From Nemertoderma westbladi (taxonomy: Eukaryota; Animalia; Xenacoelomorpha): a stretch of DNA of 42,382 bases. Under the pieces are notes generated by a model that was not told the DNA's origin, did not search any database, and saw nothing but the letters and a program-made list of their open reading frames with translations. This document shows positions 33,001 through 42,382 of this stretch, piece after piece; the first letter of the stretch is position 1, and every line of letters begins with the position of its first letter. The stretch spans positions 1 through 42,382 of the forward strand of contig JAUCBJ010005406.1 of assembly GCA_032718475.1 (NCBI GenBank), read 5' to 3'. The position numbers were made by a program, and so were the translations under genes.

Positions 33001-36000
33001 AGAAGGCTTCTCGGTTGTCATCCGCAGTGGTGCGCACCACTGAACAGGCGTTTGAAGGGCTTGAGATTATCCCAAAAGCCTGGATGGTCATCCAGTACTC
33101 CACCGGTTTCTGGTTGAGGTCTCCTTCAGGCCACCACAGAAATCGTAGGCTATCTCGATCCCTATCCAGCGCCTTGACTTGTAAGAACATGCCTTCTATA
33201 TCTGAGGCGAAAGCAATTGAATATTGTCTTAATCTTAAGAGTATTCCCAACAAGGATTGGAGTAAGTTGGGTCCGGGTAACAATTCGGAATTAAGGGATT
33301 GGCCCATATAGAGGGCTGAGTTGTCAAACACCACTCTTACCTCATGGGGTTTACCGGGTTTGGGAACGTAATGGTGAGTTAAATAATACGTTCTCTCAGT
33401 TATAGGTGTTTCTTCCGGTACTAGCTCCGCATATCCCTTGCTAATAAATTTCTTCAACTGCGTTTGATACATTTCTTTAGCTGAAGAATTTGCCGTAAGG
33501 CGTCGATGTAGTTGAGCAATTCTTTTCTCTGCCAAGGGTCTGTTGTTTACGAACTTTGGTTCTCGCTTTCGGAAAGGTAGACCGATCTCATATCTACCTT
33601 GATCTTTAAGAAAACGTGTAGTTGTCTCTTGGATCTGCTTGGCTCTTTCTTCCTCTACCGATAGGGCCTTATCGTAGGAATTGGGCTCTACAGCCTCTTG
33701 AGTAAAGAATCGTACGGCATGTTCATCCCGAGTCTTGGCATAATAACGTTCAATGACGTCATTAAGCTCGTCGTTATAGTCGTCTCGTTCTGATGGAAGA
33801 AGGAGCTGACATAAGTTTACTTGGTTTTGCCAAGTCTCGTTTTCCTTAAGGAGATCGATGGTATTCTCCTCGTCGAAAAGTTGGTGGACATCGTCATTAT
33901 CTGAGGAGTATGGTGTTCCCTCAGTTGGATCATCCAACTCACTGCCCTCGACTTCCCATTCTCTTACTTGATATACCTGGTCTTTCGGTAATCTTTCCAT
34001 GAGAGTTCTACGGGAAGGGCCAGTAAAGTACCAACCCACTCTAGTTCTTCCCGCATAAGCTTGTAGTGGTTGCGGTTGAGCGGGCCGTTTCTCCAATGTC
34101 TCGAGCGCTTCATGCGCGTTTTGACCGATGAGTATTTGCACTCCAGGGTAATCGGTGTTGAATCTAGGTATTTCCAGCTGCTGGTTGAAATCGTCCTCAT
34201 CCCAGTTATAAGGTTCCACTTGGGTGGTAGCAAAGTTCTTTATCGCCACCATTTTTACTGACCTTATACTATGTTCTCCTAGTTCATCCTGGGGGGTGGA
34301 CAACGCACCTACATAATAATCCGCTATTACTGTAGATTTCCAAACCTGCATAATTCCTGACATGTTTAGCTTAGTTCGGAACTTGGGTTGTCCAGCAACG
34401 ATGTCTTCGGCTAGTTCTTTGTCGATGAATGTTCCTGTACTACCGGAGTCAAGGAGGGCGTTCACTACATAACTCCTTTTAGGTCCGTGGACCCTTACCT
34501 GTACTACAGGAAATTCTCGGATTCCTACTTTGGAAGGTGGCGCTTTCCAAGATGGTTGTCGATCAGAAGTAGTTAAGGTGAGGTCGCTATCTGTGTCTTT
34601 TTCATACGTGAGTGCTCGATACACTGCGGTATTTATCATGTAACAGGATTCATCTTCGTCGGAGAATTCATCTGTATAGAATCCTTCCATCTCAGAACTT
34701 TGGTCAGTGTCGTTCACATCACTGAATTGGACATGCAGTTCGGAATCACTTACCTGACTCTGGCTGTTTCGCTCAAATTCAGTGTGCAACAAGATATGAT
34801 GTTTCGCACCGCACTTTGCACACCTTGTGTCGGAGTAACAGGTTCGTCGTTGGTGTCCTTGTCTGAGGCAATTATAACACAACCGCTTATCCCACATGAC
34901 TTCCCGTCTCTCCGTTAATGATTTCCTCAGGAATTCATCACACATATTCAAACGGTGGGTCCCGTCACATAGCGCACATTTCGGTTTGATGTTACTTACC
35001 TTATTTTGAATAACATTGTGCACACTCGTTCTTTCTTCGGGCTTTCTCACCTGAATTCTCTTAGGAGACGTAGGAGGAGTTTTTCTTACCTGTTCTCTCC
35101 TGTCATTGGTTCGAGACTTGAATTTACTTACCTGTTCTTTAGGCATTTTATTGACATAATAAGATCTTTCAGTGTCTTTCCCGCTATCCTCTCCTTGAGA
35201 AGTCTGGCTTTCGCCGTCGTCTGTATAACACACTGGTGTTACCTTTCTCCTAGAAACGGGTTTCTCACTTACCTTGTTTTCCGGTGTCTTTTCTCTGGAC
35301 TGTTTTAGGAGCTGTAATTTCACTTCTCCATCTAAGAATGACATGAGATCAGCCATGGTAGGGTCTCGTCGTTGTTGTTCCATCATATATAACACTTTCT
35401 TATCCCAGCGTGTACCTACTCCACCCTTCGGTAAAGTAGAAGCCACGGCTCCAATAACCATAGAACTCTGATATTCATGAGACTTACCTAACCAATCTAA
35501 TTGTCTACAGATCTCTTGAATCTCATCGGAAAACTCTATTATCCCGCTGCTAATGAACTTTCGGGGCGCTACTAATTTTGCATACAAATATTTAGCTATG
35601 TTATTCCTATTACCATACCTGATGTTTAGTGTATCCCAAACTTGTCTTAATCCGTCTGGATGTCCAATAAACTTTAACGCCATTAACTTGGGAGATCCTT
35701 CCAAGCACTCGATGAGGAATCTAAGTTTCTCTCCATTAGATAGTACAGAGTTCTGTATGTTATCTTTATAATATTCATTAAAAGGTAACCATTTCATCTC
35801 ATCTCCATTGAACTTGACTATTTCTCCCACCTTTACCGCTTGACGGGCTTCAGTTCTAGCCATTTGATGCGTAAAATTTTCTTGGGCTATCGTGTTATTT
35901 AATATCGAGTTATCGGTATATAAATTTCTCGGATTATGATCAGGTCTATAGGGAATATCATTATCAACAGGTCTATAATTACCCTTAATAGGGTTCACTA

Positions 36001-36505
36001 TAGGAGTTTCTACTTCGCTAGCAGTATATATGCGTGTAGGCTCCACACCTTGCGCATGAAATACTTCAGACCTAACAGGTTGACACATTGTTACCGGGGT
36101 TGGTGGTATACCCTTTTGTGTATTTACTAATTTATCGCGTTCTAACGCAATACTTTGCTGCACTTCTTGCAATTCTAACCTACTCTCTCTAATTGTTCCC
36201 TTTAACAGCTGCACAGTTCCCTCCATCTCCTGGGCCTGCTGAGAGGAGCGAGAATGTTGCTCCCTCAGCTGTCCGAGCAGGAGACCCATCTCCCGTCGTC
36301 CCTCATCTACCCACTCGACCACCGAAGCGGGAGGCGCCAACGTTGTAGCGGGCGGACGAGGGACAACGGGCGACAAATCATTAATATTTCGCTCGGAGTC
36401 CAGGACATGAATATTTTCAAGGGTGGTTCTGTGGGGCACAGGTAGCTTAGTGCTGTGCAGGGGGAATTTAGAGGTAGGTTCAGGGAGTACAGGTGTCTCT
36501 ATCAC
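30080..36505 (-). CDS. BEL/Pao gag-pol polyprotein (main open frame; open upstream to 36679)
   Basis: Gag KFNGDEMKWLPF..EKLRFLIECLEG. Triple knuckle CALCDGTHRLNMC / CYNCLRQGHQRRTC / CAKCGAKHHILLH. Protease ALLDSGS. RT DIEGMFLQV and YMDD. RNase H VFGDAS, YWTDA, NPADIASRG. Integrase H..H..CIPC, GVDLFGP, SDKGTNF, GGSWERL. C-terminal WQTGRII..DGLMRSV. Confidence 0.97.
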   Translation of the reverse strand: MIETPVLPEPTSKFPLHSTKLPVPHRTTLENIHVLDSERNINDLSPVVPRPPATTLAPPASVVEWVDEGRREMGLLLGQLREQHSRSSQQAQEMEGTVQLLKGTIRESRLELQEVQQSIALERDKLVNTQKGIPPTPVTMCQPVRSEVFHAQGVEPTRIYTASEVETPIVNPIKGNYRPVDNDIPYRPDHNPRNLYTDNSILNNTIAQENFTHQMARTEARQAVKVGEIVKFNGDEMKWLPFNEYYKDNIQNSVLSNGEKLRFLIECLEGSPKLMALKFIGHPDGLRQVWDTLNIRYGNRNNIAKYLYAKLVAPRKFISSGIIEFSDEIQEICRQLDWLGKSHEYQSSMVIGAVASTLPKGGVGTRWDKKVLYMMEQQRRDPTMADLMSFLDGEVKLQLLKQSREKTPENKVSEKPVSRRKVTPVCYTDDGESQTSQGEDSGKDTERSYYVNKMPKEQVSKFKSRTNDRREQVRKTPPTSPKRIQVRKPEERTSVHNVIQNKVSNIKPKCALCDGTHRLNMCDEFLRKSLTERREVMWDKRLCYNCLRQGHQRRTCYSDTRCAKCGAKHHILLHTEFERNSQSQVSDSELHVQFSDVNDTDQSSEMEGFYTDEFSDEDESCYMINTAVYRALTYEKDTDSDLTLTTSDRQPSWKAPPSKVGIREFPVVQVRVHGPKRSYVVNALLDSGSTGTFIDKELAEDIVAGQPKFRTKLNMSGIMQVWKSTVIADYYVGALSTPQDELGEHSIRSVKMVAIKNFATTQVEPYNWDEDDFNQQLEIPRFNTDYPGVQILIGQNAHEALETLEKRPAQPQPLQAYAGRTRVGWYFTGPSRRTLMERLPKDQVYQVREWEVEGSELDDPTEGTPYSSDNDDVHQLFDEENTIDLLKENETWQNQVNLCQLLLPSERDDYNDELNDVIERYYAKTRDEHAVRFFTQEAVEPNSYDKALSVEEERAKQIQETTTRFLKDQGRYEIGLPFRKREPKFVNNRPLAEKRIAQLHRRLTANSSAKEMYQTQLKKFISKGYAELVPEETPITERTYYLTHHYVPKPGKPHEVRVVFDNSALYMGQSLNSELLPGPNLLQSLLGILLRLRQYSIAFASDIEGMFLQVKALDRDRDSLRFLWWPEGDLNQKPVEYWMTIQAFGIISSPSNACSVVRTTADDNREAFSKEVIDNIKRDIYMDDNLKSLPSVEEAIDVAKGTVECLKRGGFRLTKFTSNSREFLESIPVEDRGAKDLDLIKDDLPETKTLGLKWDTERDILFFQLKQRDNPVRTKRICLSILSTYFDPLGFISPVILIARSLVQQMWLENHSWDDPLKGELLKKWMKWEDSLPAIENFIISRSYFGHVLPTYSYQLHVFGDASDMGIGIVAYLRVETPDGIKVALVTSKALINNKLKVPRAELKAALYATAIGRNVTEQIDYPLEKTVYWTDALLVLEYITNEVCQFSVFVTNRVAIILSRTTMDQWRHCPGTINPADIASRGATPQELVDTPDWLGGPDFLYKEEEEWPPHLTTAEIRQAKGAEKVKPKTRASKSKLFKPMVDLSVLHTSGDDALDQKPTPTNKLVVEIREKDWKSGIPDVSQGLSPLLQRAIHHYSSWNRLCKAVTYLKRCFHHHYSGVKTKSDTAPLTSVQVHVVKDLPKYKISDRLLKEKISYQEHEETNKQMLRLLQCYEDSNKYFLLLRNPQMRLRDRFSSTMIDGLIRVGGRLTNAPLSFDTKFPILIRNLEIQVKMIVDVHSKLYHAGRERVLSEIRTRYYFYKPRRALNQVLRNCIPCRKAFSRPLTQREAELPRERVSFYEPPFTNNGVDLFGPIEVYRARTIVKRWCVIFVCMTCRAIHLDMVNDLSTNSFLLSLRRQIARFGTSNTMRSDKGTNFIGANNEIKAYVKDWNQRQVDDQLRVTASSWTFNAADAPWWGGSWERLIRSVKTAFHFIVPCRAYLTDELLRTLMEEIAAYLNERPLMPVSSSPDSLEALTPAHFLLKKPVAMLPQSEITDGDEYCRQTWQLMQLLSRRFADHFEKHYLPTLQLRTKWFAQQENFSAGDMVLIVDVELPRKRWQTGRIIETHISDDGLMRSVELVVMRRNFKKPGIVFETQQLNRPVGRLCLLERDRELSGNYGRQDTLPTTTSLIQQTSRDSPT

Positions 36506-36621
36506 CGAAGGGGTGGCTTCGAGAACAGGCCTAATTATTTCAGGCTCATCTACTATAGTAGGGAGTCTTTCTATTTTAATTATTTGGTCTGTGGGTTCTG
36601 TACTACCTAAGTTTGTGTTAG

Positions 36622-37089
36622 TTAGTTGCCTTCTAACAGTGGGGGCAAATCCGGCAATTTCTGACGGTGGGATATTCTTCTACGTCTGCTTAGACGAGAT
36701 CTATTTCCTCCGCCTTCAGGATCGGTGGTATCGCCTTCCTCAGATGATGTATATCCCTGCCTCTTGGGAGTAGATCGCCTCATCATCTGCATTTGACTAG
36801 CTGTTAACTGTTTATTGAAGTTGTCTTGCCTCTCTTGAAGATTTTCCAACTCTAGTTGGGTTGTCTCTTCAGATGCCCTCCGTTCTGCTTCTGCCACTGC
36901 CTCTGCTGCTGCCACTGCCGCCTTTCTTTCCGCTTCGGCCTCTGCCACTGCCGCTGCCGCTTTTCTTTCCGCTTCGGCCGCTGCCACTGCCACTGCCGCT
37001 TTTCTTTCCGCTTCTGCCGCTGCCACTGCTGCTGCCGCTTTTCTTTCCGCTTCTGCCGCTGCCACTGCTGCTGCCACTGCTGCTGCCAC
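36622..37089 (-). CDS. Frameshifted gag N-terminal segment with Ala-rich AEAERKAAAAV repeats
   Basis: Tandem ~39-bp coding repeats at ~36880-37100. A 1-nt shift at ~36675 joins it to the main frame. Confidence 0.6.
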   Translation of the reverse strand: MAAAVAAAVAAAEAERKAAAAVAAAEAERKAAVAVAAAEAERKAAAAVAEAEAERKAAVAAAEAVAEAERRASEETTQLELENLQERQDNFNKQLTASQMQMMRRSTPKRQGYTSSEEGDTTDPEGGGNRSRLSRRRRISHRQKLPDLPPLLEGN

Positions 37090-37102
37090 TGCCGCTGTCT
37101 TT

Positions 37103-38275
37103 CTATACGTCTATACGTTTTTTCTTTACTTGTTCTTCTTGAACCTTAGCGATGCGGATGCTTTCATCAAATTTAGCTTGGTTCGCAGCTAACCTATCCA
37201 CATCGATTGCGTCCAACACAAGCTTGGCTCCTTCACTATTAGGGCTAAGTCCCTCTAGCCTTCTCCTCAACTCTTCATCACCTAAAAAACGTTGATAGTC
37301 TGACAGATAGATGTCAATGGCATCCCTCTTATGCGTTTTCTCTGCCGTCACTTCACTTTCCACTTGGGAAAAAGTAGCATCTGTTGATTCTTCATGGGTT
37401 GAGCGCTCATCCAGCTGGGCTTTCCACTGAGCCGTTCCTTGCACCTGGAGACTCACCCGTTGAAACCAAGTCTTTACGGCAACTTGCAACGACGTGTCTT
37501 GTCTTCTTTTAGAAGCCTCCTCAAAGGCCGATAAGATTAGCCTGATTCGTAGAATTCTTTCTCTAACTTGATAAAGCAGCTGTAACTGCTCTTGAGGTCC
37601 TTGGGGTTGTTGAAACAGTTGTTCTTCTAATCGCTCCATGGAGCTGAAGAATCCCTGTACGTATCCGGCTGCGGACCTCTTCCACACAGCTGGATCGATG
37701 GTTTCCTTGGTTACTCCCATCCTGTGTATGTCTTCCCAGGCAGCTTCTGATAAATCAAACGGGAGTCCGGGTCCGGGGAAGTTCCATTGCGACTCGACAA
37801 TAGACTTCAGTTCTTCCCTTGTGTATCCCGCATAACTATCTTTAGTCGATCGCTTATTTCTTGCCCAATCGATCTGGTGTTCTTCCACCGCAATCAACAA
37901 CCTAGTGAGTACGGCTGCATGAAGGATGAGAAGGGGATCCGAATAAACCGCATCCGTCATCTTTGCTCCGCGCTCGGGTGTCAGCTCTACAGTATCCTCA
38001 CTACTGGAGCTGTTGGGCCGTTGAGAAATAAGTTCTTGGCTCGCGGGTTGTTGCTGTTCTGCTGCTTCTTGGTCCCGCTTGACCTGAGCTCGAGTGCCTA
38101 TGATAGACCTACGATGTTGGACTAGCCTAGGGTCTGATATTACTACGGGAGGGATGATCTTTCTTACAGTAGGAGGTGAGTTGAACTTCGGTCCTACACG
38201 TTCCACACTCCTGTCTGGGTCACATATGGTTGTATCTAGGAGACTGTCTGACAGGTTTTGCTTTGTGTCAGACAT
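37103..38275 (-). CDS. Probable first segment of the BEL polyprotein (N-terminal gag extension)
   Basis: 390-aa ATG-initiated, helical-looking ORF on the same strand, abutting the Ala-rich segment. It ends at an 8-bp tandem duplication (CTATACGT x2, 37103-37118). Confidence 0.65.
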   Translation of the reverse strand: MSDTKQNLSDSLLDTTICDPDRSVERVGPKFNSPPTVRKIIPPVVISDPRLVQHRRSIIGTRAQVKRDQEAAEQQQPASQELISQRPNSSSSEDTVELTPERGAKMTDAVYSDPLLILHAAVLTRLLIAVEEHQIDWARNKRSTKDSYAGYTREELKSIVESQWNFPGPGLPFDLSEAAWEDIHRMGVTKETIDPAVWKRSAAGYVQGFFSSMERLEEQLFQQPQGPQEQLQLLYQVRERILRIRLILSAFEEASKRRQDTSLQVAVKTWFQRVSLQVQGTAQWKAQLDERSTHEESTDATFSQVESEVTAEKTHKRDAIDIYLSDYQRFLGDEELRRRLEGLSPNSEGAKLVLDAIDVDRLAANQAKFDESIRIAKVQEEQVKKKRIDV

Positions 38276-38394
38276 GTTGGTTTGTACAGTTGAATGCCTA
38301 CTGCTATATTACAGTTTAAGCAAGTGTAGTAATTCAGTATCACCATTAGCCTAGTAATTAGTTACCGATACTGCTACTCAGTGTAGCGTAATAT

Positions 38395-38670
38395 ATATAT
38401 AATATATTAGAATACCGGTATGCTTATAGTATATATATAAGTATTGTCACAGACTAGATTTGTCACAGAATACCGGTATGTAATTTCAGCACAAGTATAT
38501 ATAAATATATAATAGGCCTATCGTGAATACCGGTATGCAGCTTACACTTATAATGTATATATATAAGTATAATTACAGACTAGAATTAATTACAGAATAC
38601 CGGTATATAATTTAGCCTAAATTTATAGAAATAAATATAATAAGCCTATGGTAAATACCGGTATGTCAAT
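38395..38670. repeat. Five degenerate ~60-bp repeats, each with the palindrome ATACCGGTAT, in the BEL 5' leader
   Basis: (G/A)AATACCGGTAT at 38410, 38468, 38525, 38595 and 38653. Confidence 0.85.
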
Positions 38671-38917
38671 TATTTTAGAATAATTGAATTTCTGAAATTT
38701 TAGGGGTTACTTGGTTACTTTAACTTACTTTATTACCGTTATTTAAGCAGTAGTCCAACTGATATTTAGACCTAATTGTTGTATGGCAGGCCTACTATTT
38801 TATAAATCGGTTTGAGTTGATTTATAATGTTAGCTTATCCAATTCCGCTAACATGAACCCACAAAGTAAGCCGTTGAGCAATATTGGGAGCACGAGGTTG
38901 ATTACCAATCAACCTCG

Positions 38918-39476
38918 TGTCAGCCCAGTAAACGGGGACAATAGGCCCCAAAGGAGACACACACAATAAGGGTCAGGGGCCAAACCCCTAACAGAGAGAG
39001 AACAACAGGGGCAACGGGAAACACACCAGGGAAGGTGAAAGGGCGAGAAGTGGGATATTAGCCAATGGGGGGACAGCATCGACTAGGTACAGTAATATGG
39101 CCAACTGTGCAGTACATATATTACCTGTTGGTGCTTCCCTATTCAGTTTAGTTCACTCAGTCAGATCAGTAGGGTGGAACGGGGACTTCTGTCATCGTCC
39201 GCTACCGCCATCATACTTATCTACCAGTAACCGTGTCATACTATACTGTGCTATATCAGACTATTATACCTTTATACATATTACCGAACATCAGAACTCT
39301 TTTACCTTTCACACACGGCGGGGACGCGTGGATAGAAAACCCAACGGATAAACCGGGATCCGTAGATCCCGTCACAGTGACAGAATCAGATCAACCCAGC
39401 TGCCCTGACAGTGATAGAATCCTAGCAGCTGCCCTAACAGTCTGACAGTGATAGAACTAGATCCAACCAACTGACA
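38918..39476 (+). mobile_element. Probable 5' LTR (559 bp) of a second, Gypsy-like LTR element
   Basis: Inverted termini TGTCAG...CTGACA. TGGCTGCCAGCCA follows 5 nt later (39482-39494) and resembles the tRNA-Arg PBS TGGCGAGCCAGCCA. ATG at 39507, with a sharp composition change. The partner LTR is not in the window. Confidence 0.6.
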
Positions 39477-39506
39477 GACTGTGGCTGCCAGCCACCAAAG
39501 ACGAAG

Positions 39507-40772
39507 ATGAGTCGAGAGAAAGGAACGACACCGCCGCGGACCCCGGACGACGATCTAACGATCCGCGAGGCCACGGCGAGACGATACGAACCCACGACGC
39601 CGGTCGATGCTACGCCGACCACGTCGACGTACGTTGACGCCACGTCAATAACGAGTGACCCGGCGAACCAAGATGTGGGGGGTCATCTACAAAGAGAAAT
39701 CGAGTCGGGAGGAGAAGAGGAAGACGAGTCGACGCGGAGCGAGGGTCGACGTACCGATGTCACCGGTCAGCCACAGACCGAGGGCGACGGACGGCCCACC
39801 GGAACGGCGACGGTGGGGCCGCCAGTGCGACGTCGGACCCGGAGAGATGGAGGAGAGGTCGGCGACGAGGACGTCCGGGTTTCTGATCGACTTCGACGGG
39901 CCTACGCCGCGACCCGGGAGCAACTGAAGGAAGCTAGAGGAGGGGCTGAGATAGACCAGGTGAACTTGAGGAGACGACTAGGTGAGTCGAACAGATACTT
40001 TGATTACCTAGTGCGTTCTGGGCAGGGAGAACTGGCCGAGGAGAGAGCGAGAGGGGTTGCCTTCGAACTGTTTGGGCTATGGGAACGTAGGGGTATGGGG
40101 CCTGGTGTAGTGTACATAGGGCCATACTTAGTCGATGCCAGGGAAGTTAAGTTAGTGGGTTGGGCGGGACCGCACGAGGGCGAATCCGAGGTTAGCTCCG
40201 AGGATTCGGCCTCGTCGGTCAGCGAGGACCCCGGAAAGCGGGGGAAAGTTAGTAGGACGGAGGGGCGACGGGAGTCCGTCGCAACCGATAAGTCTGCTAC
40301 ATCCTCCGCAAAAGAAAGAAGGGTGCGAGAGAGTGAACGTGTGGCGTATAAATTAGAAAAGGCGGCGGCAGAGCGGAAACAGTTAGAGGGGCGAGTGAGG
40401 GAAGAAACCGCATTATTAGAGTTGGTAAGGGAGGATAGAGAGAGAGCCGAGAGGGCCGCGAGAAGCCTTAGGGAGGCGAGAATAGAGAGCGAGCCGGCGA
40501 GTCGATCTGAGATGCTTGCGAGAGAGACGGCCAAGCGAGATTCGCAAGTGTGCAGAGAGAGAGAGATAGAGCAAGAGCGTGAGCGAGATGCTGTACATAT
40601 CCGGCTGGCGATGCTTGGGCTATATCGGGCCAAACTAAAACGGCGCCGACTAGAACTGGCGCGGTTGGAACTGTCAGAGAGTGTGACCCCACTTACAGGC
40701 ACCGGGCGAGAGAACCAGAACTGGTGTAGCCGCACGGGCGGGGGGGGGGGGGGGGTAGTAATAGTACGTTAG
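39507..40772 (+). CDS. E/R-rich first ORF of the second element (gag-position protein, no recognisable domain); probably continues past G-run frameshifts
   Basis: 421-aa ORF directly after the PBS-like site. It terminates just after the G run at 40740-40755. A different frame (Asn-rich) is open from ~40754 into ORF 41033-41362. Confidence 0.55.
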   Translation: MSREKGTTPPRTPDDDLTIREATARRYEPTTPVDATPTTSTYVDATSITSDPANQDVGGHLQREIESGGEEEDESTRSEGRRTDVTGQPQTEGDGRPTGTATVGPPVRRRTRRDGGEVGDEDVRVSDRLRRAYAATREQLKEARGGAEIDQVNLRRRLGESNRYFDYLVRSGQGELAEERARGVAFELFGLWERRGMGPGVVYIGPYLVDAREVKLVGWAGPHEGESEVSSEDSASSVSEDPGKRGKVSRTEGRRESVATDKSATSSAKERRVRESERVAYKLEKAAAERKQLEGRVREETALLELVREDRERAERAARSLREARIESEPASRSEMLARETAKRDSQVCREREIEQERERDAVHIRLAMLGLYRAKLKRRRLELARLELSESVTPLTGTGRENQNWCSRTGGGGGGVVIVR

Positions 40773-41059
40773 AAGTAATTAATGTTAATAGTACCGTAGT
40801 AGATAACCCTAATCCCTTTATTACAGGAAATAATATTTTACCTGGTAGTAGTAATTTAAATTTAAATTCAAATAATAACATTAGTTCAAATATTCAGAAT
40901 AATTCAAATAATACGAATAATAATTTAAATTTTGAAAATTCAAATAATTTTAATTTAAATAATTTAAATCTCGTTTCAAATTCTAACAATTTAATTGATT
41001 TAATAAATAATATTGGGAATGGTGCTATTAATGTGAGCGTGCCAGACGTGTATAGCCCG

Positions 41060-41655
41060 GCAGACGGCGGCCTGGCAGGCCACGTAGTTAGTAGGCAGGA
41101 GGTGGCCAGGTTGAGCCAACCCGACGGCGGCCTGGTAGGCCACGTAGTTGGTAGGCAGGAGGCAGCGGGGTTGAGCCAACCCGAGGTGGGCCTGATAGGC
41201 CACGCAGTAGTAGAGAGAGAGGCGGGGGTGAATAGACCCAGCCGTAGTAAAAACAGTGCGTCGACTAGAGAGGGGTGTAGAGACGAAGTAAGAGATAGTG
41301 AAGTTAGATGTGGCGAGTGGGGGGGGGGGGGGGGGGGGGGCTACCGGCGCCCCACCACATAAGACTAGTGGCGAGAGAGGGGGGGCAGAGAATGCCCCAC
41401 AAGGGGGGTGTAGAGGTGTAGTAGGAGGTAGTGAAGTTAGAAGTAGCGGGTGGGGGGGGGGGGGGGGGGGGGGGCTACAGGAGCCCCACCACGAAAGATT
41501 AGTGGCGAGAGAAGGGGGGTAGAGAATGTCCGACAAGAGGGACGCAGAAGTGTAGTAAGAGATAGTGAAGTTAGAAGTGGCGGGTGGGGGGGGGCTACGG
41601 GCACCCCACCGCGAGAGATTAGTAGAGAGAGAGGGGGGGCAGAGAGTGTCCCACA
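41060..41655 (+). repeat. Coding-like tandem repeats: 3 x 60 bp, then 3 x ~130 bp with variable G runs
   Basis: DGGLAGHVVSRQEVARLSQP-type units at 41060-41225. TAGTGAAGTTAGA..G(n)CTAC..CCCCACC units at ~41290, ~41425 and ~41560. Confidence 0.8.
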
Positions 41656-42382
41656 GGCGTCGGCGGATAATGCGCGGGCCGAGCTAGGTAAACCGCAACA
41701 CCCGGCGACGGAGAGTAATAAGGGGATTGCGAGTATCCCCAGCGGCGTGCGATCGAGCAGAGAGAGGCAGGTTGACGTCGCGAGAGGGCAGGCGAAGCGT
41801 CGAGCCCGATCAGAAGAGGGAAGAAGAACAGTGGAGTTTAACCGGGAGGTCGACGAGAGATCTCATGAGCCGGAATACTGCACTGAAAAGAGAAGAAGAG
41901 GAGATAGTAGAAAAGGTGTCGCCACGAATGATAGGAGTGTGAGGACAGATAGCGGACCGTCGATAGTAGAGATGGAGTTAGGGAGTCAGTGGGGTCGAAC
42001 TTCGGGAGATTGCTGTCGCCCCGGAGAAACGCACCGCACACCAAGAGAGGGGTACAGGAGGTACCAATACAAAGTCGAGAACAGGAGAGGGGATCGAAGA
42101 GAAGCTTCCCGACGGGATATAGCTGCCGATCTAGAGTGCAGTAGTCGCGGGGAGATTCGAGATTCGCGAAGAATAAACTTCGGTTCGAAAGGGCACATGC
42201 AGACTGCAGGACATACTGTAGGCCTTACTGCACATACTATTATAGGCCGTGCTGGGAGAGGTAGAGTAGGCGATGGGGTAGCGCGAACGACGGGATTAAA
42301 CCCAGAAGTCGCGGAGTACATACCGGTAGGTAGGCGAGATGTAGGTAGGCCTATATCGGTACAGCAGCATGACTATAATACA

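Larger units (their letters stand above)
22970..38917 (-). mobile_element. BEL/Pao LTR retrotransposon with an accessory gene (5' LTR not in window)
   Basis: BEL-type gag-PR-RT-RH-IN polyprotein. The 3' terminus ...GCGCGAACA (TGT on + at 22970) lies exactly at the LINE break. The boundaries and the inclusion of 24185-28442 are inferred. Confidence 0.75.

Noticed and set aside
30453-38354. Many 60-190 aa ORFs overlapping gag-pol, including Cys-rich and Leu/Pro-rich ones at 36856-37149
   Set aside because: Antisense or alternative-frame shadows of the polyprotein and its Ala-rich repeat.

Overview
AT-rich, repeat-dense animal (most likely invertebrate) genomic DNA. Two host genes: the last two coding exons of a conventional protein kinase C (2183-3191 and 5227-5702, +) and a single-exon RanBP1 ORF (21112-21876, -). 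The right half is a three-layer nest of retroelements. A decayed LINE ORF2 (22265-22969, +) is cut by a >16 kb BEL/Pao LTR retrotransposon (22970 to ~38917, -), whose 5' leader is in turn cut by a probable Gypsy-like LTR element (38918 to window end, +). The most unusual item lies downstream of the BEL pol, on the same strand: a second gene of ~1400 codons (28442-24185, broken by one frameshift and two in-frame stops). It is not env-like and encodes a DEDDy/RNase D-WRN-like 3'-5' exonuclease fold, three zinc-knuckle-like motifs and a basic tail. The position of the only PPT-like site suggests this gene may sit inside a ~7 kb LTR. The left half holds nested tRNA-derived SINEs, LINE 3' ends, a small MITE family, a foldback element with a 9-bp TSD inside a 23-bp minisatellite, and many TA-flanked motifs that look like transposon excision footprints. 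All family calls are by eye from motifs; no searches were run.
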